Source of the DNA: an uncultured Candidatus Binatia bacterium
GTDB lineage: Bacteria > Desulfobacterota > Binatia > Bin18
Assembly (NCBI GenBank): GCA_965214605.1
Contig: OZ243961.1
Location: 1,600,001-1,664,000, forward strand
Direction of reading: 5' to 3'
DNA length: 64,000 nucleotides
Positions 12,145 to 22,915 of the stretch are shown here, one piece after another. A model generated the notes under the pieces. It worked only from the letters and a program-made list of their open reading frames with translations, ran no database searches and was not told the DNA's origin. Positions within the stretch are counted from its first letter, which is position 1; every line of letters starts with the position of its first letter. The position numbers were made by a program, and so were the translations under genes.

Positions 12145-12729
12145 TCATTTCCGATTTACCACCACCTCATCAACCAGCCCGTAGTCCACGGCTTGTCTGC
12201 TCTCGAAAAAGAAGTCCCGGTCAGTGTCGCGCTCAATCTTCTTGAGCGATTGTCCGGTGTGCTTGACCAGAATCTCATTCATCTGTTCCCGTATCCGTAA
12301 CATCTCGCGTGCCTGGATATCAATGTCGACAGCCTGCCCCTGTACCCCGCCCAAGGGTTGATGGATCATGACCCGGGCGTGCGGTAAGAGATAGCGCTTA
12401 CCCTTTGCGCCTGCCGCTAACAACCAAGCGGCCATACTGGCCGCTTGGCCCAAGCACAAGGTCGAGACGTCTGGCCTGATGTACTGCATCGTATCGTAGA
12501 TAGCAAGACCGGCGGTCACCGAACCACCGGGGGAATTGATGTAGAAGTGGACATCCTTATCAGGGTCCTCAGATTCGAGAAAGAGCAATTCTGCGGAGAT
12601 GAGGTTTGCGACCTCATCTGTGACGGTGGTGCCGAGGAAGACGATGCGGTCTTTTAGCAAGCGCGAGAAAATATCATACGCTCGTTCCCCGCGGCCGGTT
12701 TGTTCTACAACAATAGGAATTAGGTTCAT
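12145..12729 (-). CDS. clpP: Clp protease proteolytic subunit ClpP
   Basis: [23 protein letters not shown]. Confidence 0.98.
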   Translation of the reverse strand: MNLIPIVVEQTGRGERAYDIFSRLLKDRIVFLGTTVTDEVANLISAELLFLESEDPDKDVHFYINSPGGSVTAGLAIYDTMQYIRPDVSTLCLGQAASMAAWLLAAGAKGKRYLLPHARVMIHQPLGGVQGQAVDIDIQAREMLRIREQMNEILVKHTGQSLKKIERDTDRDFFFESRQAVDYGLVDEVVVNRK

Positions 12730-12747
12730 GGCGGCGTCCGGCCCATC

Positions 12748-14079
12748 CTAGCCCTTTTCCGGTATAGCAGCAACTTCCTTGTCTACTGTTTTTATCTCAG
12801 CCTTGTCAACGACAGCCTGGATCGCTCTCTCCCGTAACAGCTGGCGCTCTAGAGCTTGTCTATTCTCAGCCTGGGCATAAAAATTCTCAAGCCGCTGTTT
12901 TTGCTCGGGATTGGCAGAAGACAGCTCCTCAATTTTTTGACGCACGCTTTCTTCAGACACAGACAAGGACAGCTGCTCAATCAAGGTGTCAACAATAAAC
13001 GCGGACTGGACGTTTTGGCGAGCCCGGGTCGTAAACTGCTCACGCAGTTCGTCTGTTAAGCGGCTCTCGCCGACCGACACGTCTTCTTCGGGTTTTTGAA
13101 TACCAGCCTCGACAAAGAGTTGACGGAGCTGTTCACGGACCAAACTAGGCGGGACTTCGAACGGATTCTTTTCATACACTCCGGCCAGGAGCGCCTCGTG
13201 GAGCTGGTTTTCTCCCCGACGCTCGGCCACCTGGTACAGATTATCCCGAATTTTGTTTCTCAACTCCTCCAGGGTGTCGCACTCGCCGTGGTCTTTAGCA
13301 AAATCGTCATCCAGGGCTGGGACTTCTTTGCGTGCAATGTCGTGTATGATGACCCGAAAGAGCAGGGGTTGGGTGCTTTCCTCGACCGACTCAGTCTGCT
13401 CTGCCTGTCCCTCGGGCTGCGGCATAGCCACGGAGAACTGAATCGCTCTGCCCCGTTCCACGCCAAGAAGATTGTCCTGAAAGCCGGGCAGTACACTCTC
13501 ACGTCCCATCTCAACAACGCGTCCTTTAGCCTCAAACCCAGGCACCTGACGTCCCCCCCGCAGCCCAACATAATCAAGCGTCAAGACATCGCCGTCCTCA
13601 ACACGGTTTCGGTCAGTAACCGGGGCGAGCTGGGTCATCGATTCAGCGAGTCGCTGCAGCGACGCCTCAACCTCTTCCTCAGTCACCGTTTCCTGTGGTT
13701 TTTCGACCGTAATCCCAGCATAGTTCGTAATATCCACCTTTGGCCGCACTTCGACCGTTGCCGAATAGCGAAACGGCTGGCCAGGGGTGAGTTTCTCCGT
13801 CACAATCTGGGGCTGTGTCACGACATGTAAGTCGTGTTCTTCCACAGCACGAGGGTAGGACTCCTGCACGAGCAAGGAACTCACTTCCTGGGCGACCTGC
13901 TCCCCAAAATATCGATTGAGGACAGGCTGGGGGACTTTTCCGGGGCGAAATCCCTTCAGGCGAGCCTGCAACCGGACTGTCCGATATGCCTTTTCAAGCT
14001 CTTGGCTTACACGCTCAGCGGGAATCTCAAACGCGAGTTTTTTCTGAACAGCATCAACGGAGTCAATAGAAACTTTCAT
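12748..14079 (-). CDS. tig: Trigger factor
   Basis: GFRPGKVP ribosome-binding signature; tig-clpP-clpX-lon order; start set at MKVSI. Confidence 0.95.
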   Translation of the reverse strand: MKVSIDSVDAVQKKLAFEIPAERVSQELEKAYRTVRLQARLKGFRPGKVPQPVLNRYFGEQVAQEVSSLLVQESYPRAVEEHDLHVVTQPQIVTEKLTPGQPFRYSATVEVRPKVDITNYAGITVEKPQETVTEEEVEASLQRLAESMTQLAPVTDRNRVEDGDVLTLDYVGLRGGRQVPGFEAKGRVVEMGRESVLPGFQDNLLGVERGRAIQFSVAMPQPEGQAEQTESVEESTQPLLFRVIIHDIARKEVPALDDDFAKDHGECDTLEELRNKIRDNLYQVAERRGENQLHEALLAGVYEKNPFEVPPSLVREQLRQLFVEAGIQKPEEDVSVGESRLTDELREQFTTRARQNVQSAFIVDTLIEQLSLSVSEESVRQKIEELSSANPEQKQRLENFYAQAENRQALERQLLRERAIQAVVDKAEIKTVDKEVAAIPEKG

Positions 14080-14171
14080 ACCAGAACCACAAAAAAGCAT
14101 GGGACGCCCAAACATGACGTTGGGTCACCATTCGGAAGACGTTTGTGGGGAGTGGGTCGGGCTAAGGGCCG

Positions 14172-14255
14172 TGCGAGAGGGGGGACTTGAACCCCCATCC
14201 GCATGAGCGGACTAGATCCTAAGTCTAGCGCGTCTGCCAATTTCGCCACTCTCGC
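14172..14255 (-). tRNA. tRNA-Leu(TAG)
   Basis: GCGAGAG/CTCTCGC acceptor; CTAGA-CTTAGGA-TCTAG; long variable arm. Confidence 0.95.
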
Positions 14256-14300
14256 AAAATACGCTCCCATCCCTCTCCCCAAGCAATGCGGAGCAAAGAA

Positions 14301-14373
<73 letters not shown>

Positions 14374-14452
14374 ATAGAAGAGCCCGTTTCGCTCCAGGCG
14401 GCACCACTTCACGCGCCAGGCCTGTTCGAACGCAACGAACTCTTACCAAGAG

Positions 14453-14526
14453 GGTGAGTGAAGGGACTTGAACCCTCGACCACTTGGGCCACAACCAAGT
14501 GCTCTACCAACTGAGCTACACCCACC
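14453..14526 (-). tRNA. tRNA-His(GTG)
   Basis: Encoded G-1 opposite C73; CTTGG-TTGTGGC-CCAAG anticodon arm. Confidence 0.94.
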
Positions 14527-14529
14527 ATA

Positions 14530-14603
<74 letters not shown>

Positions 14604-14651
14604 CCTCGCCAGCAGAGAGTCTGAGGACTCCCCTCTCTAGCATTTTTTCCA

Positions 14652-14725
14652 TCGGGGCGAGCCGATTTGAACGGCCGACCCCCTGCTCCCAAGGCAGGTG
14701 CGCTACCAGGCTGCGCTACGCCCCG
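14652..14725 (-). tRNA. tRNA-Pro(TGG)
   Basis: CGGGGCG/CGCCCCG acceptor; CCTGC-CTTGGGA-GCAGG. Confidence 0.95.
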
Positions 14726-14799
14726 ACCGGAAGAGGTCTACCATACCTGCGTCCGACACCGCAGGCAAGTCCCAGTCTGACCGTAGCTCACCTCGTCCG

Positions 14800-16311
14800 C
14801 TAGCCGAGAAAGAAACGGGTCGAGCGGTCGGCAAAATCAAAAACTGGAGCCCAGTAAACGCCTAAGACAATCGTAGCAACACTTAATAGGGCCAAGATTG
14901 AGCCGTTATGCAGGTCAAGCCTCACCTCGCCCTCTACTCCAACCGGATTGTCAAGAAACATCGCCCTCACAATACGGGCATAGTAGTACAGAGAGACAAC
15001 ACTATTGAGAATGCCGACGACAGCGAGATAGTAGAACTCTTCTTTGATGACCGCGGCAAACAGATAGAACTTGCCGATGAATCCACCTAGTGGGGGTAGA
15101 CCCGTCAAAGAGAACAGGAAAACCCCCATCGCAATAGCCGGCAGCGCTCCCCCACGCCACGCCAGACCCCGGAATCCGTCAAGGTCCTCGCGCCCGGTAT
15201 TATTGGCCACGACAAGAACGACGACAAAAGAGCCCAGAGTCATCAGATAGTAGACAATCAGGTAGAACAGCATCGCCCGCAAACCGTCGTTGCTCAAGAC
15301 CACAAATCCCATCAGGATATAGCCCGCATGGGCGATGCTAGAGTAGGCCAACAGACGTTTCACATTGCTTTGATTCAGCGCAGCTAAATTTCCCAGCGTC
15401 ATGGTGATCATAGCGATCACCAGCATAAACTGCGGCCATTCCACTCCGGGCAGGAACTGCCAGACCCCATTGTCACCCAGCTGCGAGAGAGCGGGGTAGA
15501 AGAAGCGTATCAGCAACGCGAATCCGGCCGCCTTTGAGCCAACCGCCAAGAAGGCTGTGACCGGAATAGGCGCGCCGTGATAGACATCGGGGGCCCACAT
15601 ATGGAAAGGCACGGCCGAGATTTTATAGCCAAATCCGGCCAGAATGAGCACGAGCGCAATGAAAACCGTTAGTTGATCGGGGTTACCCTGAAACAGAGCG
15701 GTATTAATCTCAGCATAGTCCAGGCTGCCGGCCAGACCGAAAATCCAGCTCATGCCATAGATCATCGTGCCCGAAGCCACCCCCCCATAGATCAGGTATT
15801 TCAGCGCAGCTTCGCCAGAGCGACGGTTCTGCCGCAGATAGCCAGTGAGGATATACGAGGTGAGGCTGACAAATTCGAGCGCCACATAGGCAATCAGTAA
15901 ATTTGTCGCCGAGGCCATGAAAAACATGCCTAGGGTGCTAGCCAACAGGATGGCGTAATACTCGCCCTGATCGGAGTCACGGATCTCTCGTGAGCTCAAA
16001 GACATCCAGATCGCTCCCACGGCAGATAGCGACAGGATCACCTTGAAGAAAATCGCAAAATTATCAATCGCCACCATGCGGTGAAACAGCCAGCCTTCAC
16101 CAGCTCCGGGAAGACCAGCAATCAGGCGAAACCCAAACACGGACAGCCCGGAGGTAAAGACGAGGGCCATGGTCACGCCAATCAGGGCAACATTTCCCAA
16201 CCGTTCCTTTTCTTCAACGAACAGATCTGCAATGAAAATAACCAGAATGGCCAGGACGAGAATCCCTTCAGGGTAGAAATACGGGAGGCTCTCAATACTT
16301 CCAAGATTCAT
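14800..16311 (-). CDS. nuoN: NADH-quinone oxidoreductase subunit N
   Basis: EAALKYL, FHMWAPDVYHGAP, KRLLAYSSIAH. Confidence 0.95.
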   Translation of the reverse strand: MNLGSIESLPYFYPEGILVLAILVIFIADLFVEEKERLGNVALIGVTMALVFTSGLSVFGFRLIAGLPGAGEGWLFHRMVAIDNFAIFFKVILSLSAVGAIWMSLSSREIRDSDQGEYYAILLASTLGMFFMASATNLLIAYVALEFVSLTSYILTGYLRQNRRSGEAALKYLIYGGVASGTMIYGMSWIFGLAGSLDYAEINTALFQGNPDQLTVFIALVLILAGFGYKISAVPFHMWAPDVYHGAPIPVTAFLAVGSKAAGFALLIRFFYPALSQLGDNGVWQFLPGVEWPQFMLVIAMITMTLGNLAALNQSNVKRLLAYSSIAHAGYILMGFVVLSNDGLRAMLFYLIVYYLMTLGSFVVVLVVANNTGREDLDGFRGLAWRGGALPAIAMGVFLFSLTGLPPLGGFIGKFYLFAAVIKEEFYYLAVVGILNSVVSLYYYARIVRAMFLDNPVGVEGEVRLDLHNGSILALLSVATIVLGVYWAPVFDFADRSTRFFLG

Positions 16312-16341
16312 AGTACGCTCCGCGGGCTTAGACCTGCGCGG

Positions 16342-17883
16342 CTAACGGAGCGCAACCGCGCCGTCCGAGACCGCCGCCTCGATAAGACTGTTTAAATGCT
16401 GGAGCGAAGCATTCATCAGATCCAGGACGGCGTGCGGGTAAACCCCGAGGATAATCACAATCGCCCCTAGTGGGACCAAGGTGCTGAGTTCGCGATTCGA
16501 GATCTCGCTCAGATGCATCTCTTCATAGTCATCCCTGGGCTGACCAAGGAACATCTGTTGGATCGTCCACAGCAGATACGCAGCGGTAAAAATGATGGTT
16601 ACTGCGCCCAAGATAGTGGGAATCTTATACTGCTGCCACGCTCCAAGCAGCACCAGAACCTCGGAGATAAAGGCTGACAGTCCAGGTAACCCCATCGCAG
16701 CAAAGAAGGCCAGGGCGACGACCCCAGTATAGACGGGCATGACTGAAGCAAGTCCACCAAAGCCATCGATCCGGCGATGATGGGCGCGATCATAGATCAC
16801 CCCGACCAATAGGAAGAGCATGGCGGTAATCGTTCCGTGGTTAAACATCTGGAGCACCGCTCCGTTGATGCCCTGGGGGGTGAAGGATGCCATGCCCAGC
16901 ATGACATAGCCCATATGGCTGATGCTGGAATACGCCACCAGCTTTTTCAGGTCTTTGGGTTCATTGAAGCATTGGGCCAACGCGCAGAACGCTCCGTAAA
17001 TAATATTCCAGGCACCAAGCGCGGCCAGAAAATAGGGAGCGAGCAGAAAGGTTTCTGCCGGTAACAACGGATAATTAATCCGCAGAATGCCATACGTACC
17101 CATTTTCAGCAGCACTCCAGCCAGAATAACAGAAATAGCCGTTGGGGCTTCGACGTGCGCATCGGGCAGCCAGGTATGCAGAGGAAAGGCCGGAATCTTG
17201 ACCGCAAAATTGATGAAGAGTGCAACCCACAAGATCTGCCCCATGGTCATGCCAAACAGGACCGGATCAGCCCCGAACGTCTTTGCCGCCTCGGGAAGCT
17301 TGGTCAGATCAAAAGAGAAGCCGGACTGGAAGTAGAAGACGAGCATGGCGACGAGCATCAGCACGCTGCCGAACATCGTGTACAAAAAAAACTTGATCGC
17401 CGCGTACTCCCGACGCGGCCCTCCCCAGATACCGATCAGAAAGTACATCGGGATCAGCATCAACTCCCAGAAGATGTAGAACAGAAAGAAGTCTAGGGCG
17501 CAAAACACGCCAACCATTGCAGTGTCAAGCAGTAAAAATAGGGCAAAATAGGCTTTAACCGCCCGGTCGATCTCCCAGGAGGCCAGAATGCAAATAGGAC
17601 ACAGCAGTACCGACAGGAGCACCATGGTGATGCTCACTCCGTCAATACCTACAAAATAGTAAATATTAAACGAGGTAATCCACGGTACCTGGACCACAAA
17701 CTGTAAGCCGGTATTGGAACCGTCAAAGGCCGCATACAGGTAGATACCACACAGCAGGGGAGGAATGGTAAATCCCAGAGCAACCCTTTTGATCAGCTCA
17801 TGCGCCTGGCTCGGCAGACACCACAGAGCGATCATCCCTAGCAAGGGGAAGAAAATAATCAGCGTTAACACATAACTTTCCAT
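16342..17883 (-). CDS. nuoM: NADH-quinone oxidoreductase subunit M
   Basis: FWELMLIPMY, HTWLPDAHVEAPT, LLKMGTYG. Confidence 0.95.
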   Translation of the reverse strand: MESYVLTLIIFFPLLGMIALWCLPSQAHELIKRVALGFTIPPLLCGIYLYAAFDGSNTGLQFVVQVPWITSFNIYYFVGIDGVSITMVLLSVLLCPICILASWEIDRAVKAYFALFLLLDTAMVGVFCALDFFLFYIFWELMLIPMYFLIGIWGGPRREYAAIKFFLYTMFGSVLMLVAMLVFYFQSGFSFDLTKLPEAAKTFGADPVLFGMTMGQILWVALFINFAVKIPAFPLHTWLPDAHVEAPTAISVILAGVLLKMGTYGILRINYPLLPAETFLLAPYFLAALGAWNIIYGAFCALAQCFNEPKDLKKLVAYSSISHMGYVMLGMASFTPQGINGAVLQMFNHGTITAMLFLLVGVIYDRAHHRRIDGFGGLASVMPVYTGVVALAFFAAMGLPGLSAFISEVLVLLGAWQQYKIPTILGAVTIIFTAAYLLWTIQQMFLGQPRDDYEEMHLSEISNRELSTLVPLGAIVIILGVYPHAVLDLMNASLQHLNSLIEAAVSDGAVALR

Positions 17884-17918
17884 GGAGACTCCTCAAGCTT
17901 CCTCGAGCCTCACCGCCC

Positions 17919-20108
17919 TCAAACAGTATTCTCCTGGGTCGGCGCCGGACGGGCTGGACGGCGGGGAGCGAACAGCGCAATCAAACCGATCACCACCAGC
18001 ACGACAACGAGGGTGAGAGCGACGTTGATCAGCATCTGAGGCGCCAAGCGCGGCAGGAACTGCGCCACCGCTACACCGCCAACAATCACGTATAAGTAGA
18101 CATTAATGCCGCCCGTTTGGACCCGACGGAGACGATTGCCTATGGCAAAGGTCGCATTGGCGGTAATATTAATAAGCCCGTCAATAATACCATTATCAAA
18201 CATGCCAACGATCGACCCGACCCCAGATATGACCTTCGCCGTCCCATCCACAATGCCGTCAATGACGATCCGATCAAAGGCCGACCACAGCCGTGACACA
18301 AAGAGCGAAAAGCGAACGAAGGTCGCCGCGTAGATCTCGTCAATATAGTACTTATTAAAAACGGTCGTATACAGCCATCCCCCGCCCACCGACGCGAACA
18401 CGTCTGGCGACAGGGTCTTCCAGTAGTACAGTCTGGCCGACAGAAAGACGCCCAACAGGGCAATCCCCACCGACGCCAACATCAACACATACTCCATGAC
18501 AGGCGCCCCGTGACCGTGCGCCGCCCCAGCGTCATGCCCGCTGACGTGACCCGTCCCAGCAAAAACCGGCTCCAACCACTGCTCAAAGCGCAGACTCCCA
18601 CCTAGGGCGTGAGGGATACCTAATAGGCCGACCAGGACTGCACCGGCGGCCAGGACAATAAGCGGATAGGTCATCACCGGCGGAGATTCATGCAGATGTT
18701 CTTGGGTATGGGAGTCGGCCCGATTCTCACCGAAGAAGACCAGGAAAACCTGACGACCCATGTAGAAAGCGGTCATGCCAGCGCCGAGGAATCCTAAAAG
18801 CCACAGCACCTGATGCCCCCCCGAAAAGGTCTTCCACAGAATTTCGTCTTTCGAGAAAAACCCGGAGAAAGGCGGCAGACCCATTAATGCCAGGGTTGAA
18901 ATCAGGAACGTCCAATAGGTGGTCGGCATCTTATCTTTGAGACCGCCCATCTTCCGCATATCCTGCTCATCACCCATAGCATGAATCACGCTCCCCGAAC
19001 CAAGAAACAAGCATGCTTTAAAAAACGCGTGGGTAAAGACATGAAAGAAGGCCGCCGCGTACGCCCCCACCCCAACCCCGAGGACCATATAGCCCAGCTG
19101 GCTGACGGTCGAGTAGGCGAGCACCTTCTTAATATCGTTCTGGGCCAGACCAATAGTTGCGGCAAACACCGCGGTCAGCGCCCCAACCGTGGCGATGATC
19201 TGGAGTGCGGTCGGTGACAGCGAGAACAGGAAGTGCATCCGGCACATCATATAGACCCCGGCCGTCACCATCGTTGCCGCGTGTATGAGTGCGCTGACAG
19301 GGGTCGGCCCGGCCATGGCATCGGGCAGCCACACATAGAGCGGAATCTGGGCGGATTTCCCTGCCGCGCCAATAAACAGAAAGAGGGCAACCAGAGTCGC
19401 AGCAGACACACCGAAAACCGCTACCTGTGGATCAGTGAGGACTCCAGCATGGGCTTCCATCTCCCGGAACACAGCGGAGCCGTGGCCCATAGAGCTGAGA
19501 GCCCAGAAGGCGGTGAAGATACCTAGGGTGAAGCCGGCATCGCCTATCCGGTTGACAATAAAGGCTTTGTTTGCCGCCGAGGTATTGGCCTGCTCCTTAT
19601 ACCAGAAGCCGATCAGCGCGTATGAACACAAGCCGACCCCCTCCCAGCCGACAAACAACAACAGCATATTGTCGGCCAAGACCAGGGTTAGCATGGCAGC
19701 GGTGAACAGATTCAAGAAGGTAAAAAAGCGCCAGTAGGCATCATCATCGTGCATATAGCCGATGGAGTAGATGTGGATCAGCCCACCAATGCCAGTCACA
19801 ACTAGAATCATGACCGCCGAGAGCGGGTCGATCCAAAAGGCGATATTCACTTGCAGATCGCCGAGGTCGATCCAGCGCAGGGTGGTGTCCAGCAGAAAAC
19901 GCTGGGCCGGTTCGAGGTTATACACCTGAACAAAAGCCACCAGCGACAGCACAAAAGATATGCCAACCGCACCAACCGCGATACAGTGATTGGCCGTCTT
20001 GCCAAGATGCTTTTGGATAAGAGCGCCACCTATCCCGTTGATGATGGCCCCCAGCAGCGGGAAGAGGACGATCCAGCGCAAATACGAGACAAGGACGGGA
20101 TGCTCCAT
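17919..20108 (-). CDS. nuoL: NADH-quinone oxidoreductase subunit L
   Basis: GWEGVG, KSAQIPLYVWLPDAMAGPTPVSALIHAATM. Confidence 0.96.
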   Translation of the reverse strand: MEHPVLVSYLRWIVLFPLLGAIINGIGGALIQKHLGKTANHCIAVGAVGISFVLSLVAFVQVYNLEPAQRFLLDTTLRWIDLGDLQVNIAFWIDPLSAVMILVVTGIGGLIHIYSIGYMHDDDAYWRFFTFLNLFTAAMLTLVLADNMLLLFVGWEGVGLCSYALIGFWYKEQANTSAANKAFIVNRIGDAGFTLGIFTAFWALSSMGHGSAVFREMEAHAGVLTDPQVAVFGVSAATLVALFLFIGAAGKSAQIPLYVWLPDAMAGPTPVSALIHAATMVTAGVYMMCRMHFLFSLSPTALQIIATVGALTAVFAATIGLAQNDIKKVLAYSTVSQLGYMVLGVGVGAYAAAFFHVFTHAFFKACLFLGSGSVIHAMGDEQDMRKMGGLKDKMPTTYWTFLISTLALMGLPPFSGFFSKDEILWKTFSGGHQVLWLLGFLGAGMTAFYMGRQVFLVFFGENRADSHTQEHLHESPPVMTYPLIVLAAGAVLVGLLGIPHALGGSLRFEQWLEPVFAGTGHVSGHDAGAAHGHGAPVMEYVLMLASVGIALLGVFLSARLYYWKTLSPDVFASVGGGWLYTTVFNKYYIDEIYAATFVRFSLFVSRLWSAFDRIVIDGIVDGTAKVISGVGSIVGMFDNGIIDGLINITANATFAIGNRLRRVQTGGINVYLYVIVGGVAVAQFLPRLAPQMLINVALTLVVVLVVIGLIALFAPRRPARPAPTQENTV

Positions 20109-20111
20109 AGC

Positions 20112-20435
20112 TTAGCCCTGCAGACGGTCGGTTGCCTCAACGTCAATCGTTGAAAAGTTTTGGTAGATGCCAAGCACGATCGCTAAGCCGATCACGGCTT
20201 CCGCGGCCGCCAGCATAATCACAAAGACCGAGAATACCTGACCGTCATACTCGCCAGAAGAGTAATGCGAAAAGGCGATATAGTTGATATTGGCCGAGTT
20301 CAAGATCAGCTCCACACCGAGCAGAATCCCGATCGCGTTCCTGCGGGTCAGAACACAATAAAGGCCAAGCGCGAAGATGATCAAACTGACGAGCAAAAAG
20401 TGGCGGAGCCCGATAGCGAGCAGAACTTCGTCCAT
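20112..20435 (-). CDS. nuoK: NADH-quinone oxidoreductase subunit K
   Basis: RRNAI..VELILN, AAAEAVIGLA. Confidence 0.94.
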   Translation of the reverse strand: MDEVLLAIGLRHFLLVSLIIFALGLYCVLTRRNAIGILLGVELILNSANINYIAFSHYSSGEYDGQVFSVFVIMLAAAEAVIGLAIVLGIYQNFSTIDVEATDRLQG

Positions 20436-20515
20436 AACCGTCCGTTCAGCGTAGAAGGTGAGAGAAAAGTCGTCCCCTCATAAAGGGGAATGGGCAAAAA
20501 ATCAAGGGAGGTCGG

Positions 20516-21025
20516 TTACGATGTCGGCGTCTGTCCGCGGATTTCCTTGCGCGATATGACGATCGCCCCAATTAGTGCCACTAACAGCACGACCGATGCC
20601 AGTTCAAAAGGCAAGATATACGGGCCCAGGAACGCCTGCCCAATACCAGCAGTGGTCGGTTCAGCCGACGTCGTAGCGAGGTGGCTCCAGTTCGCCCCGA
20701 CCACACACGTCCCCATAACCCCGGTGACAAGGACTACAAAGATCAGCGCCGGGACAGGCCCGACCACGCGGTTTGATATGGCGACATCAGAAATACGGTG
20801 GGTCAGCATGACCGCGAAAATCAGCAGTACCAGAATCCCACCAACATAGGTGAGGATTTGGACAATGGCGACGAAGTCCGCTGCCAACATGGCGTACATG
20901 CCAGCCACCCCGAGCAAAGTCCCGAGTAAGGCAAAGGCTGAATAGACCAGGTTTCGTGAAAAGGCAACAATAGCGGCCGAGCCAATGGTCACCCCGGCAA
21001 TCAAATAAAAGACCAGTGCACTCAT
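20516..21025 (-). CDS. nuoJ: NADH-quinone oxidoreductase subunit J
   Basis: ADFVAIVQILTYVGGI, PFELASVVLL. Confidence 0.94.
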   Translation of the reverse strand: MSALVFYLIAGVTIGSAAIVAFSRNLVYSAFALLGTLLGVAGMYAMLAADFVAIVQILTYVGGILVLLIFAVMLTHRISDVAISNRVVGPVPALIFVVLVTGVMGTCVVGANWSHLATTSAEPTTAGIGQAFLGPYILPFELASVVLLVALIGAIVISRKEIRGQTPTS

Positions 21026-21057
21026 AATAGCGGTTCTCGGGCTCTGCCCCCCGCGCT

Positions 21058-21663
21058 CTAGGCTGCGTTGTCGGACGCTTTTTCGGCTTCTTCCTGTCGG
21101 GCAGCCTTATATCTTTTCATATCAATCGGCTCCGCATAATCCGCGATATAGGCTAGACCACGTTCCAAAATCGGAGCAATTGCAGGATCGGTTTCTTCCC
21201 CCTTTTTGGCCTTATAGGCAGCAACCGGGGCGGCCACATAGTGGCGAATCAAACTTTCCAGGGAGTAATCGGCGCCTTCAAACTCGGTCGTATGGTGAAT
21301 CGATCCGGTTGGACAGGCTTCGCTGCATAAGCCGCAGTACATGCACTTGGCAATATCAATGTCAAAGCGGACAAGGTCCATCTGACGGGTTTTCGGATCT
21401 TTTGGAGCGTCAATAACAATGCAGTCAATCGGACACGCCCGCTCACAGGCCAGACAGCCGGTACAAATTTCGAGATCAACCGCCAAAATGCCCCGATAGC
21501 GGGGAGGGAGGGTATCCTGAACCCGGACAGGTGTGCGGTCCGGATACTGGATGGTGTACGGCTTACGTACAAAATGCGAACAGGTGATGCTCATCCCCTC
21601 AAAAATCGTGGTAACCGCGTCGGAGAGATTTTTGAAGTAGCGACGAACGCTCGTATTCGCCAT
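21058..21663 (-). CDS. nuoI: NADH-quinone oxidoreductase subunit I (2x[4Fe-4S])
   Basis: CTGCLACERACP and CMYCGLCSEACP; TIQYP. Confidence 0.93.
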   Translation of the reverse strand: MANTSVRRYFKNLSDAVTTIFEGMSITCSHFVRKPYTIQYPDRTPVRVQDTLPPRYRGILAVDLEICTGCLACERACPIDCIVIDAPKDPKTRQMDLVRFDIDIAKCMYCGLCSEACPTGSIHHTTEFEGADYSLESLIRHYVAAPVAAYKAKKGEETDPAIAPILERGLAYIADYAEPIDMKRYKAARQEEAEKASDNAA

Positions 21664-21672
21664 ACCACACTC

Positions 21673-22860
21673 CTAAATAGCCGGGTTAAAGTACAGCTCA
21701 GGCCGGGCGCGCCGGATATGGAAAACGACCCGTCGAAAGAACTGCACGACAATGACGACAAACACTAGGCACATCAGATACCGCAGCCAGCTACTGCCGT
21801 GCGGCCAGATAACCATGAGGACTGCCGTGCCCACAATATTGATGAAGCCAATCGGCACCAAATACTTCCAACACAGCGACATCAGCTGATCGACCCGAAC
21901 GCGCGGCAGGGTTGCCCGCAGCCACATGGCAAGAAATGCCCAGAAGTAGGACTTGAGGAAAAACACCGCGAACTGCGAAATATTCAGCAGCACGACATTG
22001 TCGGTCCAGATCGGCACATGCCAACCACCCAGAAACAAGGTCGTCATCACCGCCCCGATCACATACAGCGTACCCCATTCGGCCAGGAAGAACAGCGCAA
22101 AACGTATTCCGCTATATTCGGTCGCAAAGCCGGCTACCAACTCAGATTCGGCTTCCGGAATGTCGAATGGGGTACGGTTCGCTTCGGCCAGAGCCGACAC
22201 ATAGAAGATCAGGGCGGCAATAAAGGTGAACGGGTTATGAAACGCGTACCAATCCCACGGAGCCCAGCCCTGCTGCTGGATAATGCCCTGCATGCTCAGC
22301 GTACCGGCTAGCAAAACAATGGGGACAATGGCCAATCCGGCCGGGATTTCGTAGCTGATGACCTGAGCAGCAGAACGAATCCCGCCTAACAACGACCATT
22401 TGTTATTCGACGCCCAGCCCGCCATCAGCACCCCAACCACCGACAGAGCGGTCATGGCTGTCAGGTACAGAATACCCACGTTTAGATCGGCAATGATCAG
22501 ACTGCTGCTAAAGGGCACAACCACAAAGGTAGCGACAAAGCCCCACACCAGCAGATAGGGGGCAAACCGAAACAATGGACGGTCGGCGGCGTCAGGAACA
22601 ATGTCCTCTTTGAGGATATTCTTGAGCCCATCGGCAATGCCCTGCAACACCCCTTGGGGACCAACTCGGTTCGGCCCGATGCGTGACTGAATACGCGACC
22701 ACACCCGACGCTCAAGCCAGACCGTGATCGGCACCATCGGCATCACAAAGCCAAACACAAGGATCAGCCCGAACACCAGCATTCCCCCGGCATACACCAC
22801 GTCTGCAGGCACCCCGGCAAACCACCCGTTGGTCATTAATCTGTCAAAGAGTCCCTGCAT
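21673..22860 (-). CDS. nuoH: NADH-quinone oxidoreductase subunit H
   Basis: RIGPNRVG, AEANRTPFDIPEAESELV, RATLPRVRVDQ. Confidence 0.96.
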   Translation of the reverse strand: MQGLFDRLMTNGWFAGVPADVVYAGGMLVFGLILVFGFVMPMVPITVWLERRVWSRIQSRIGPNRVGPQGVLQGIADGLKNILKEDIVPDAADRPLFRFAPYLLVWGFVATFVVVPFSSSLIIADLNVGILYLTAMTALSVVGVLMAGWASNNKWSLLGGIRSAAQVISYEIPAGLAIVPIVLLAGTLSMQGIIQQQGWAPWDWYAFHNPFTFIAALIFYVSALAEANRTPFDIPEAESELVAGFATEYSGIRFALFFLAEWGTLYVIGAVMTTLFLGGWHVPIWTDNVVLLNISQFAVFFLKSYFWAFLAMWLRATLPRVRVDQLMSLCWKYLVPIGFINIVGTAVLMVIWPHGSSWLRYLMCLVFVVIVVQFFRRVVFHIRRARPELYFNPAI

Positions 22861-22915
22861 GGCGTCGCTCTGCCTACCCTACTCGTCCACTTTTGTCTAG
22901 GTCACCAACCGACGG